Below are positions 37,784 to 47,789 of a stretch of DNA of 64,000 nt, piece after piece. How positions within the stretch are numbered: the stretch's first letter is position 1; every line of letters starts with the position of its first letter. Both the position numbers and the translations under genes were made by a program. Under the pieces are notes generated by a model. That model did not search any database, was not told where the DNA came from, and was given only the letters and a program-made list of their open reading frames with translations. The DNA lies in contig CAZELK010000001.1 in assembly GCA_964513145.1 (NCBI GenBank), positions 153,692 through 217,691 on the forward strand, given 5' to 3'. This stretch comes from Candidatus Woesearchaeota archaeon. GTDB lineage: Archaea; Nanobdellota; Nanobdellia; SCGC-AAA011-G17; JACPIM01.

Positions 37784-38722
37784 ATGGGGGAACTGATTAA
37801 TTTATTGATTTTATTTCAGAAGTATTTAGTTGTTATATTAGTTATATGTATGGCTTTTATCTGGTACAGCCTAAAATCAAACAAAAAGCTTTATTCTGTA
37901 AATTTTTTCCTTGTAAGCTTGGTTTTCGCAACTAGTTTGCCATTTATTATTGATGTAATTCATTTTATTCCGGAATCATTTAAACTACCATTGGAGGCTG
38001 TTTTATTTTTTATCTCTTCTGTTTCATTATTTTTTGTAGTCTTGATCAATTATAAGGAAAGAACTAAAGAAAGATTTGATTATTTAAGGGAAATAATTGA
38101 TAAAAAGAAAGACAACCCATTAAAATTGGAATTTGTTCGCGAACTTATTAATCCGGAATTAAGGGCAATTAAATCAGAGCATAAAAATTTAGAAAAGAAA
38201 GCAAAGCAAATTGAAAATAGCTATAAAAAATTAGAAGAAATAAAAAATTATCTTGCAGAGCAAAAAGAAGGGCTTTCTATGCAGAAAATTGATTTAGATA
38301 ATAAAGTCAGGCATTTAAAAAAAGAAAAATCAGACTTGATTAAGGAGCAGGATAAAGTCGACGAATTAAAAGAATTGGCGCAATCAGAAATAAAGAATAT
38401 AGAGAAAGTAAAATTAAAAACAGAAAAAGAAAATCAATTGTTAAAGGAAAAGAAAAAAGATTTGTTAGTTTATGAAGACAGGTTAAATAATGAAAAAAGC
38501 CAGTTGGAAATTGATAAAGAAGGTTTATTAAAAGAAAAAAAAGAGCTTCAAAAATATAAGATAAATATAGAAAAGGAAAATGAAAATATTTTGTTAAAGG
38601 AAAGGGAAATACACGATCTTAAAAAGAAATTAATTTCAAATGAAAAAGACACATTAACATTAAAAAATAAAATAAGCACATTGCAGAATGTTATTAAAAA
38701 ATTTAATCTTGGGGGAAAATAA
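37784..38722 (+). CDS. Membrane protein with long C-terminal coiled coil
   Basis: Three TM helices followed by an E/K heptad-rich tail. Confidence 0.6.
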   Translation: MGELINLLILFQKYLVVILVICMAFIWYSLKSNKKLYSVNFFLVSLVFATSLPFIIDVIHFIPESFKLPLEAVLFFISSVSLFFVVLINYKERTKERFDYLREIIDKKKDNPLKLEFVRELINPELRAIKSEHKNLEKKAKQIENSYKKLEEIKNYLAEQKEGLSMQKIDLDNKVRHLKKEKSDLIKEQDKVDELKELAQSEIKNIEKVKLKTEKENQLLKEKKKDLLVYEDRLNNEKSQLEIDKEGLLKEKKELQKYKINIEKENENILLKEREIHDLKKKLISNEKDTLTLKNKISTLQNVIKKFNLGGK

Positions 38723-39063
38723 TGGAAACAAGCACAGTCTATTTTATAGTCTATTTTTTAACGTCATTATTTCTCATATCAAGCATAGTTTTTATAGCAA
38801 AATATAGGAGATTCCAGGATAAAAGGCTTCTTAACCCAATAAATGCGTATATTTTTGGTTTAATATTCTTGTTAATGTATATGGCAATAAAAACACTTGA
38901 TTTAAGTAAGCCATTTGTAAAAGAATTAATTCCTGGTTATTATAATTCCTTTGCAGTATACACAAATTATTTGATTTTAATATCAGATTTGGGGATAATA
39001 TTGATGATTGCAGCTTGTTATTTAATTTCAGTAATCCTATTCAAGGAAACAAAATTGCGCTAA
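38722..39063 (+). CDS. Small membrane protein
   Basis: Three TM helices; TAATG overlap. Confidence 0.55.
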   Translation: METSTVYFIVYFLTSLFLISSIVFIAKYRRFQDKRLLNPINAYIFGLIFLLMYMAIKTLDLSKPFVKELIPGYYNSFAVYTNYLILISDLGIILMIAACYLISVILFKETKLR

Positions 39064-39093
39064 ATTTATAAGTTTGCAGAATTAATCAAGTTA

Positions 39094-39372
39094 ATGAAAT
39101 TTAATTTTAAGAAATATAATTTAATTTATTGCACATCATTTCTTTCCAAATTTCGCGGTCTGATGTTTTCAAAAAAGAAAAACCTGGTTTTTGTATTAAA
39201 TAATGAAAGTATTTCAAATTCTATTATTCATACATTTTTTGTTTTTTATAAAATAAATGTATTCTGGCTTGATAAACATAAAAATATTGTTGATTCAAGA
39301 TTAAATATAAATCCTTTTTCTGTTATAATTCCAAGAAAAAAGGCAAAATATATTGTTGAAATTACTTCCTAA
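39094..39372 (+). CDS. DUF192-family protein
   Basis: KFRGLMF, IIHTFFVFYKINVFWLD, AKYIVE. Confidence 0.75.
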   Translation: MKFNFKKYNLIYCTSFLSKFRGLMFSKKKNLVFVLNNESISNSIIHTFFVFYKINVFWLDKHKNIVDSRLNINPFSVIIPRKKAKYIVEITS

Positions 39373-39706
39373 AGCTCTTTACTGATATTATTACAACTGC
39401 TGCTGCAAATATGTACCCAAAATAAGGAACCAAGCTTAATAATAAATCAAAGCCAGGTTTTACAACAGATAGATAAGATACAACCTTGTTTTCTGTAGCC
39501 ATTGCAAATTCTATAATTTTTGATCCGAACACAACAATAACCAGAATGCCCAATAAGGAAGTAAACCTGTCAACAACCTTGGTTTCCTTAATCAATGCCT
39601 TTAACATGTCATCAATTAAAGGAATAATCTTTGTTATGGCAATATGTCCAGCAACAATTACAAAAACTATTTTTAAAAAATTAACCAAAAATATTTCAAA
39701 ACCCAT
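39362..39706 (-). CDS. Small membrane protein
   Basis: Three hydrophobic helices; GGGGTGA SD upstream. Confidence 0.55.
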   Translation of the reverse strand: MGFEIFLVNFLKIVFVIVAGHIAITKIIPLIDDMLKALIKETKVVDRFTSLLGILVIVVFGSKIIEFAMATENKVVSYLSVVKPGFDLLLSLVPYFGYIFAAAVVIISVKSFRK

Positions 39707-39993
39707 AATATCACCCCTGATTTTAGTTTATTAAATAACATTTTAATTTATAATCTTTTTTGTTTATAGTACGTGTTTAGCTACTCCAGTACAATAATCT
39801 AAAAATACTACTAAATTCTAGAATTTTAATTGGGGGAGTAATCAGAGGTAAATGATACGAAGATCCCCAAAAAATATATGGCAAATGCACACACCTCCTA
39901 ATTTTGAGTATCAAATATGCTTATCTATTTGTCTCATTTTAGGGGCGCACTACAACTTATATTTTTTTATTAATTATTTAATTTGTTCTTTTT

Positions 39994-40398
39994 TCACTGG
40001 AATATTTTATCCTTAATTAAATCTGGAATTAGTTCTTCATTGATAATTGGTATTATCATAATTTTCTTCTTTTCAAATTCTTCTTTTGTAAGCCAATGAA
40101 TATTTGCTATTTCAGCAGTTGGTTTTGGTTCTCCTTTAATAGATACAATATACATTTTGCTTTTTAACATATAATTGTGATAAAATGATTTTCTCATATA
40201 TTCTTTGTAGAATTTACACGCTACAAGTTGAACTCCAAGTTCTTCTTTTAATTCCCTCTTAAGGCATTCTTCATCAGTTTCATTTTCTTCAATCTTTCCC
40301 CCAGGACTCCAAAATTCTTCACGTCCTTTTGCACTTACAAGCAATAGTTTATTCTCCTTAAGTATTATTGCTCCAACTCTTACCTTTATTTCTGTCAT
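39994..40398 (-). CDS. NUDIX hydrolase
   Basis: PGGKIEENETDEECLKRELKEELG. Confidence 0.9.
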   Translation of the reverse strand: MTEIKVRVGAIILKENKLLLVSAKGREEFWSPGGKIEENETDEECLKRELKEELGVQLVACKFYKEYMRKSFYHNYMLKSKMYIVSIKGEPKPTAEIANIHWLTKEEFEKKKIMIIPIINEELIPDLIKDKIFQ

Positions 40399-40609
40399 TG
40401 AAACAAAGTTGGATTTAAATAGATTTAAGATTATCGTAGATTTTAGGTTACACTAGATTCTTAACGCGTGTAGGTTCTTAACGATAAATTTATATTTAAT
40501 TTGGTAATGCAACTAACAATATGGAGTTCCTCTAAATAAAAGCATTTCTACTGAGCCTCTTTTACAAAAAGTTTTATTTGCATAGATGTGAGAAAACTCA
40601 ATATTATAT

Positions 40610-41356
40610 TCATTCATTTTTTGCTATAAAATAATCATATCTCCATTCTCCCTCGGGAGTTTTAAGATTAAACCAACTTGTTTTTCCATTTTTAAAATGT
40701 TTATGATATTGTGAATAAATATGTCTATCAACAGAAATAAACAAACCTTGATGACTTAACATTTGTTTTATTTTTCTAAGAATAGAATCTAATTCTTCTT
40801 CATCAAAGTAATCTAAGCTCATGCTATTTAAAATCACATCAAATCTTTTTACTGGGTTAAATGTTTTAAGATTTTCTATAATATACTCACAGGTCTTAAG
40901 TACTGGTTTTTTTCGCGCAATGTCTAAACTTTTATCAGAAATGTCTAACAAAGTAAGATGATTATATCCATTTTTTGCTATTATTTCACTAACTAAGCCA
41001 GTTCCAGCACCAATCTCCAATATATCTGCATCTCTAGGTATTTTTTCCTTTCCTAATTGCTCTAAGATAAAATTTGCAATTTCTCTATTCTGTGGAACCA
41101 TAGATTCATATTCTTTGGCAATTTCATTATAATAATTTTTATAATCTTCAGTAGTATTATTCAAAGGAAAGAAATAATTTCGAAAATAACGTCTATACCA
41201 GAAAGCTTCTTCTTTAATAGATATTTTTATGAATTGAATATCTTCATCACAATCTTTTATCTTTATCCAAGAAGGTCTTTTTTTACAATTATTATTATAT
41301 TCAAAATGAAGTATATTCTCAATATCTTCTCCGCGATAAATTCTAGTTATCTTCAT
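40610..41356 (-). CDS. Class I SAM-dependent methyltransferase with N-terminal extension
   Basis: ILEIGAGTG, LLDIS, FDVI. Confidence 0.85.
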   Translation of the reverse strand: MKITRIYRGEDIENILHFEYNNNCKKRPSWIKIKDCDEDIQFIKISIKEEAFWYRRYFRNYFFPLNNTTEDYKNYYNEIAKEYESMVPQNREIANFILEQLGKEKIPRDADILEIGAGTGLVSEIIAKNGYNHLTLLDISDKSLDIARKKPVLKTCEYIIENLKTFNPVKRFDVILNSMSLDYFDEEELDSILRKIKQMLSHQGLFISVDRHIYSQYHKHFKNGKTSWFNLKTPEGEWRYDYFIAKNE

Positions 41357-41530
41357 TATTATTTAAGACAAGAATAATTGGTATATAAAATAATCTATTA
41401 AGAAAATATAATTATAGATAACTGACTTAATTGTGCTGTAGTTGTAGTATACAGTTATTTATTCGGAGATGATTAAATGAAAATAAAGACCTTCTTATTA
41501 ATTAAGTGGAGAAGTCAGGTTATAAGGTAA

Positions 41531-42223
41531 TTACTTATTATTAATTTTTAATAATAACTTAGAAAAATTAGATGAAATAAAAATATCACCCCCATCAACT
41601 TTCAAAGTTGAATATCTCCCGTGTTTGCCTTTAAAATAAATTTTATTCTTTCTCCAATAATATTTGAGCTCTTTTGAAAGTGGTTTTTTGGTTCTTCTAT
41701 CATCTTTTAATAAAAAGAAAGGCAAATACATAACTTCTTTTTCCTTTAGTAATCTTATTTCAAGATCTTTATCTTCTCTTCCATAACCCTTATAATTTTC
41801 ATCTAATCCGCCTAATTTATAAAAATAATCCCTTTCTATACTAAAGTTACCTGTAGAATGTAAATCTATAGCATCTCCGTTTAAACTCCAAAGAATAACA
41901 GCTTTTTTTCTTTTGTGTAAATGTTGAAGAACTATGTCGAGTCCAATAATTGGAATACAATCAGAATCAAGGATTACAATATATTTATTTTTTGCTTTTT
42001 CTACACCATTATTAACTGATCTAGATCTGTTCCAAACACTTATAGAATATTCTCTTACTATTTTTACATCTAAGTTGTCAAGTCTTTTATCTGGAACCCC
42101 ATATTCAGAAACTATAATCTCATTTATACTAAATATATTTTTCTTTACTATATTAATAAGCCTAACTAAATTTTCAAATTGTCCTGTTCTTTTTCTATAA
42201 GGTGTAATAAGACTAAATTTCAT
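41531..42223 (-). CDS. GT-A glycosyltransferase (GT2 / galactosyltransferase C-terminal type)
   Basis: LITPYR, LDSDCIP (DxD), GGLDENYKGYGREDKDL. Confidence 0.85.
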   Translation of the reverse strand: MKFSLITPYRKRTGQFENLVRLINIVKKNIFSINEIIVSEYGVPDKRLDNLDVKIVREYSISVWNRSRSVNNGVEKAKNKYIVILDSDCIPIIGLDIVLQHLHKRKKAVILWSLNGDAIDLHSTGNFSIERDYFYKLGGLDENYKGYGREDKDLEIRLLKEKEVMYLPFFLLKDDRRTKKPLSKELKYYWRKNKIYFKGKHGRYSTLKVDGGDIFISSNFSKLLLKINNK

Positions 42224-42998
42224 TCAAGGTTTTTAGAGCATTCATAAATAGATCCCTATTAAAAAGTATTTTCTCATAAGGAAATAATTCCAATATAAAG
42301 ATTATATCTTCTTTTTTCAACATTTGTAACAGAAGTTTATTGTAGTCTATTGAACCATCATTTAATGACTGATGAGAATCTTTTCCATTATTATTATGTA
42401 AATGAACTATATCTGTATAGTTAAAAACTTTGTCAAAAAAAGAATTGAGATTAATTTCTGCTGTATTTGCATGACCCGGGTCAAAAGTAAAGTTTAAGCC
42501 GCTTATGCTTTTCAAAATATCTATAACTTCTTCTTCTTTCCAAAGTGGGTAATCCCCGCATTTATCATCATTTTCAATACTTAATTTTATTTTTTTCTTT
42601 TTTGCATATTTAAGAATTTCTTTTATATTATTAATTAAGTACTTATGAGTTTTTAAGTTTGCAATTTGTTCCACATAACCCGAATGAAAAGTAATTGAGT
42701 CTGCCGGAATTTCTTTTGCAAGATTAATGGCTTTTTTAAAATATTTTATTATCGCAGCACTCACGTCAGGAATACTTGAATTAGTAGGAGCAAAAAAAGG
42801 CATATGAAAAACTATTTTATTTCCATCAAAAGAAAATCTCTTTAAGAGAGTCATTTCGTCACAAGTTAATTTCATTTTGGGATTCCAACTCCAATCTAAA
42901 CATATAGCATTAAATTTGTTTTCGATGGCAAAATTCAAATCTTTTTTAATAGTAGAATTAAGCTGTGTACTAAAACCAAGGAAATAGTTATTTCTCAT
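42213..42998 (-). CDS. Xylose-isomerase/AP-endonuclease-2 TIM-barrel metalloenzyme
   Basis: FHMPF, TFHSG, SIEN, FDPGHA, VHLHNN, DSHQ, ILE metal ligands. Confidence 0.85.
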   Translation of the reverse strand: MRNNYFLGFSTQLNSTIKKDLNFAIENKFNAICLDWSWNPKMKLTCDEMTLLKRFSFDGNKIVFHMPFFAPTNSSIPDVSAAIIKYFKKAINLAKEIPADSITFHSGYVEQIANLKTHKYLINNIKEILKYAKKKKIKLSIENDDKCGDYPLWKEEEVIDILKSISGLNFTFDPGHANTAEINLNSFFDKVFNYTDIVHLHNNNGKDSHQSLNDGSIDYNKLLLQMLKKEDIIFILELFPYEKILFNRDLFMNALKTLNEI

Positions 42999-44550
42999 TA
43001 GAACTAATTAGTTTATGAGTTTTATAAATCTTTTCTCCAGTACGAATAATCTCTTTAATTAATAATTTTATATCTCTCTTTTTTGTTAATGGATTACCAA
43101 TTATAATACCCAGAACTTGGCGAGAGCCAGTATTTTTAAGTAAAGCCCTATTTCCTACATCAGTAAGTTTAAAAGTATGTATACAAAACTTACCGTTACA
43201 ATATATGTTGTCATGAATTTTCTTATTTAATAAATCAATAAAATCCATAATCAACATTTGTTTTTTATAATCAGATAATTTGTATAATTTTTGTAAGTCT
43301 AAAGGGAAAAAAATAAAACATAAACTGTTAATATTAACTTCGTTAAACAATTTTATTTGAGAATAATTACTCAAAATTCCAAAAGTATATTTTGTCATCT
43401 TTATGCGTTTATCAATAATTTTTCCAAGGTTATTTTTTCCAATAGACTTAAATAAGAACCAAAGTTTAAGAGAATCAAAAGATTTTGAACCAATAAATGG
43501 AGTTATCTGTCCTAAATCATAAGTTGTAGGCTGTATTGTCATATCAAAATTTCGAGATAGATACATTAATTCTTTTGGTTCTTTAAAAAGTACCGCACTA
43601 CATGGATAAGTAACCATAAGAACTTTATGTGGGTCAATAGTTACAGAATCAACTAATTCTAGCCCATTAATCTTTTTTCTGTTTTCTTTAGAAAATAAAA
43701 GTTGTGATCCATGACAAGCATCTACATGAAGCCATAATTTATATTTTTTACAAACATTATAAACTGCCTTAATATTGTCTACTTTCATTGTTCGAGAATC
43801 GCCGGCATAAATCACAACAGCCAAAATACTACCTTTTTTAGAAGCAATCTTTATTTTCTTTTTCAAATCACTAATCTCAATACCAAAATGTTTATTTAAT
43901 TTTACTTTGATTACTTTATTAACACCAAACCCAAGATAGCCCATAGCAGACTCTAAAGAATAATGGCTAATTATCTCTGGCGCAAGTAGATATACTTTGT
44001 TAGACATAATGCCTTTATTAAAGGAATTTTTTAATAATCTAGATCTTGCTACTAATAACGCAGTTATATTTGAAAGAACACCACCGGGACAAAAGACACC
44101 ACCAACATCATTTATATTCTTAGGAAATTTATTATTTATTTTAAAACCAATTAAATCTCTTAACCATTGTACTATTTGTATTTCCAAATAAGTTGCAATA
44201 GGTCCACTTTTAGCGTCAGCTATTAAATTTTGATTCATAAATATTTTTAGAATATCTGCTACAAGACCGGAAAATGAATTGCCCGAATCAGGAAAAGCCA
44301 AATATTTTGAATTTGATTGTACAACACAATAAGGCATAATATTCTTTTCAAAATAATCCAACAATTTTCTTATATCTTTACCGTACTTTGGTATATCCTC
44401 ATGAATTTTCTCAATTAAATAACTAGCCGTATATTTTTTAACTATAACTTTTCTAGTATTAAATTTAATGCCGATTCGAATAACTTTATTTAGAATTCTT
44501 ATAAATTCATTAATTTCTTTGTTATTTAAACAAGTTAGTTCTTTAACCAT
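42988..44550 (-). CDS. Group II PLP-dependent decarboxylase
   Basis: PGGVLSN, SHYS, LHVDACHG, SVTIDPHK (PLP Lys). Confidence 0.9.
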   Translation of the reverse strand: MVKELTCLNNKEINEFIRILNKVIRIGIKFNTRKVIVKKYTASYLIEKIHEDIPKYGKDIRKLLDYFEKNIMPYCVVQSNSKYLAFPDSGNSFSGLVADILKIFMNQNLIADAKSGPIATYLEIQIVQWLRDLIGFKINNKFPKNINDVGGVFCPGGVLSNITALLVARSRLLKNSFNKGIMSNKVYLLAPEIISHYSLESAMGYLGFGVNKVIKVKLNKHFGIEISDLKKKIKIASKKGSILAVVIYAGDSRTMKVDNIKAVYNVCKKYKLWLHVDACHGSQLLFSKENRKKINGLELVDSVTIDPHKVLMVTYPCSAVLFKEPKELMYLSRNFDMTIQPTTYDLGQITPFIGSKSFDSLKLWFLFKSIGKNNLGKIIDKRIKMTKYTFGILSNYSQIKLFNEVNINSLCFIFFPLDLQKLYKLSDYKKQMLIMDFIDLLNKKIHDNIYCNGKFCIHTFKLTDVGNRALLKNTGSRQVLGIIIGNPLTKKRDIKLLIKEIIRTGEKIYKTHKLISSNEK

Positions 44551-45449
44551 TTTTCAATATCTTTTAGGTCTGTTTTTTGTCTTTTTGAAATAGCCAAATT
44601 CATTAAAGAAGGAAAATAACATTCGGGTCTATAAATAAATCGTTTTATATTTTGCAAAACATAACCAGAAGCTCCAAAATGCTTAAATATAACTTTGTTC
44701 TCTTCGTTTCGTCTTTCTTCTTGATTTCTTATTTCTGCTAATGATGAATTATGTATTCTGTATGCAGCAGTTAGTTTTTTCAAATAACCGACTCGCTTTT
44801 TTTTAATCACTGCTAATTTTAAAGTGGTTAATGCGATATCTACATCCTCTCCACAACCTATATTATTATCAAAGAAACTTGAACCATAATTAAATAAATT
44901 AAACTCAGAAATTAATTTTACAAAATCAAAACTCCATGTCATTGTTGGGTAAGGCATTTTTCCCTTAGGCCATAAATCTTCTTTTACTTTATTAGGTGAT
45001 CCAGTTAGACCTTCCCAAACAATTCCTTGTGTTTTTCCATCTAAGAAAATAATAGCGTCAGTATAAATAAAATCTAATGACTTTCCCCCCATATATCTAA
45101 TTCTTGATGCTAAATCCATAACAAGGTCATCAGAATGTAAAAAAGTTATATAATCGATATTTCCTAACTCACAATTTAGAATTTTTTCGAGACCATAATT
45201 AATCGCATTCGTACAAGTCAAAATATCTCCTGTTCTTCTTTTTCTAAATATAGTTTTCAATCTTTTGTCATCAAATAAATCATGCAAATTTTCAACAACT
45301 CCATCATCACTTCCATCATCAACAATTAAATGGACTAGATCCATATCTTGTGAGCTAACTGACTTTATCGTTTGATATAAATATTCTTTTCTTTTAGCAA
45401 ATCTCTGGTCTCCTTTCTTACTATAATAAGGTGTAATTATAGCAATCAT
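44535..45449 (-). CDS. GT2-family glycosyltransferase
   Basis: IITPYY, IVDDGSDD, FLHSDD, GEDVD. Confidence 0.85.
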   Translation of the reverse strand: MIAIITPYYSKKGDQRFAKRKEYLYQTIKSVSSQDMDLVHLIVDDGSDDGVVENLHDLFDDKRLKTIFRKRRTGDILTCTNAINYGLEKILNCELGNIDYITFLHSDDLVMDLASRIRYMGGKSLDFIYTDAIIFLDGKTQGIVWEGLTGSPNKVKEDLWPKGKMPYPTMTWSFDFVKLISEFNLFNYGSSFFDNNIGCGEDVDIALTTLKLAVIKKKRVGYLKKLTAAYRIHNSSLAEIRNQEERRNEENKVIFKHFGASGYVLQNIKRFIYRPECYFPSLMNLAISKRQKTDLKDIEKWLKN

Positions 45450-46183
45450 ATTGAATAATGCCTATTATACTCTTGTATTGTTTTCTCAAGTTTATTAAGA
45501 AAAGATTTATCTTTAATAATAATTTGTCCATTAAAAATCTCAATTTTGCCTTCTTCCTGCATCTCTGTAAGTAAACCTATAAAATTAGAGCGAAGGTAAA
45601 TTTGAACTGAGTTCAAATTAGGAAAACCCAAAAAGGCTTTTCCTGTTCCAATAGTCTTTTCTACGAGCGACTCCAGAGTAAAAGTTTCCTGAGATTTGTT
45701 TAAAATAACAACAGTTGCTAAAGTTCTTAAACATTTTTTCTTATGTTTATTTGCTGATTCCTCATCTCCTGAGACGAATAAAGTAGGACCACCAACAGCA
45801 GTTAAATGATGTCTATAATCATTGAATTTGTTCCATTCGGAACCGTTTCTTATTTCTGGAATGCTTACTACTCCATTTTCCATTGTAAATCCCCATCCAT
45901 TTTCTGCTTTTTCTAGTTGTCTTTCAGTAATATATTCCCCAGGATATTTTCTATCTGGAGTTAATCTGAATTTACTATGTAAACCCAAATACTCTTTAAT
46001 TAGGTTTTCTCTAACAAACTTATTAATAGGATTCTTTGTCACAAAAATCATATCTATGTCTTCGGTAACAATTTTGTTATTATAAGCATATGAACCAAAG
46101 AATAAAGAGAAGAGAAGATCAGACTTAATAATTCGATTAACATATTCTTTAACAATATCGACAGGATTTTCCTCAGTAACCAT
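45446..46183 (-). CDS. Pol-beta-fold nucleotidyltransferase-like protein
   Basis: FFGSYAY....EDIDMIFV. Confidence 0.6.
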   Translation of the reverse strand: MVTEENPVDIVKEYVNRIIKSDLLFSLFFGSYAYNNKIVTEDIDMIFVTKNPINKFVRENLIKEYLGLHSKFRLTPDRKYPGEYITERQLEKAENGWGFTMENGVVSIPEIRNGSEWNKFNDYRHHLTAVGGPTLFVSGDEESANKHKKKCLRTLATVVILNKSQETFTLESLVEKTIGTGKAFLGFPNLNSVQIYLRSNFIGLLTEMQEEGKIEIFNGQIIIKDKSFLNKLEKTIQEYNRHYSI

Positions 46184-46238
46184 ATACTACTTATGAATGG
46201 GGACTATTTATAATAGTTGCTAATAGTATCATTTTTTC

Positions 46239-47597
46239 TTATTCCCATTTGCCAGTTGTAGAATTATATCTTATTCTATACGTATCTAGATTTGCATCTG
46301 GAGTAGAATTTGTATTTTTATTTCCTGGTTGTCTTGAATATAATATTAATCCAGTATCCAAATCAATTTGCTGATATCTGTCAACAAATTGCGGATCATT
46401 AAATATACTTGATTCTAAATTTGAATCATTTCTTGCACCAAAAGGCTGTGTTATTTCTTGTCTATAAACTGCTAATTGTTCACTTCCATTTAAGCCCGTT
46501 TTAACATAACAAATAGCATTTATTATTTCATTTCCATTAAGGCGTTCTCCATGTGCTCCCAATACTCCAGAACCCTGGCTATCGTCCCAAGAAAATATAA
46601 TATAACTTGGAGTATTTGAAGCTGGGGGGGTTGAGCCTTTAGTTATTGTAATATTGCTTGTAGTAAAATCATGATTAAATCTAGGTACATCATTTCTGAA
46701 TATTGATTCAACTAAATCAATTTCCTGCTGTGTAGGCTGTACATTAGAACCTAATGCTGGGCTTGTATTTATGTAGACTTGTGGTTGCTGCAGCCATCTT
46801 TGTGTCTGGCTTCCGTCACCAGGAGCTCTTGCAACTTCATCAAAGAAAGCTAAATTAAATCTAGTTGGTATTTGATCTAGATTAAGATTTGTTATATCAC
46901 TATTTGATGTAAAGACTCCAGCAAATCTATTGTAATAATTTGGATTATTTTTTAATTCTACTAACCTGTCAATTCCAGTTGGTATTTTTGTGAAAGCATA
47001 ATTACCATTAACATCTGTTCTAGCTGAATAATCAGCTACAAAAACACCATTATCTTTGTGGCCTAATTGAATATCAACACCAGAAATATTATTTCCATTT
47101 AAAATATCTGTAATCTTGCCAGATATATCATCAAATGCATTGCTTACATTTAAATTATTTCCCTGGGCAGCTATGCCTCCTTTATTATCAGAAACCTGGA
47201 CTTCAACTGGAAAACTCCCTTCTTTTGCGTCTGGCCAGCTTATGCTTCCATCATTGCTATTTATTGTCATTCCATTTGGAGATGTTGTTAATGAATAGGT
47301 TAAAATATCATTGTCATGATCAGAAGCAATAACTCTGTCAAAATAATTATCACCTTCTCTTGAACTTGATTTAAGTATTGAGCTTATAACCGGGCTTCTG
47401 TTTTGAGGTGGCTGAACTGGAGGAGTTTGAATTGGTGGAACTGGATCATCTGGACCACTGCCACCACCACAACCAAATAAACTAGTCAAGCCAAATAAAG
47501 CAAAAGAAACATAATTAATTAGTTTAGAACCAGGATTATATCTTGCACTTTTGAAGCTTTTTTTAAAAGATTCTTCTAATTTATTTTCTAAATTCAT
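46239..47597 (-). CDS. Putative lipoprotein with Ig/cadherin-like domain and DUF2927-like C-terminal domain
   Basis: LFGC lipobox, Pro-rich linker, ASDHDNDILTYSLTTSPNGMTI, QEITQPFGARND. Confidence 0.6.
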   Translation of the reverse strand: MNLENKLEESFKKSFKSARYNPGSKLINYVSFALFGLTSLFGCGGGSGPDDPVPPIQTPPVQPPQNRSPVISSILKSSSREGDNYFDRVIASDHDNDILTYSLTTSPNGMTINSNDGSISWPDAKEGSFPVEVQVSDNKGGIAAQGNNLNVSNAFDDISGKITDILNGNNISGVDIQLGHKDNGVFVADYSARTDVNGNYAFTKIPTGIDRLVELKNNPNYYNRFAGVFTSNSDITNLNLDQIPTRFNLAFFDEVARAPGDGSQTQRWLQQPQVYINTSPALGSNVQPTQQEIDLVESIFRNDVPRFNHDFTTSNITITKGSTPPASNTPSYIIFSWDDSQGSGVLGAHGERLNGNEIINAICYVKTGLNGSEQLAVYRQEITQPFGARNDSNLESSIFNDPQFVDRYQQIDLDTGLILYSRQPGNKNTNSTPDANLDTYRIRYNSTTGKWE

Positions 47598-47789
47598 TTT
47601 GTTTAAGTAATAAAATATTAAGACTACTATAGAGTAAATACTATATAAATCTTTTTATATTTGCTTAAAAATAGCTAATTTATCATATAAAGCTATGTTG
47701 CAGTGTTCCAGACAATTAAACTACTGTTTATTTATAAAGAAAATATATCCTGTATTTATTACTTATAAAAATAAAGAATTAATATTAAT

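Noticed and set aside
39770-39960. Intergenic stretch with broken hydrophobic frames
   Set aside because: Multiple stops in all frames and no assignable family.
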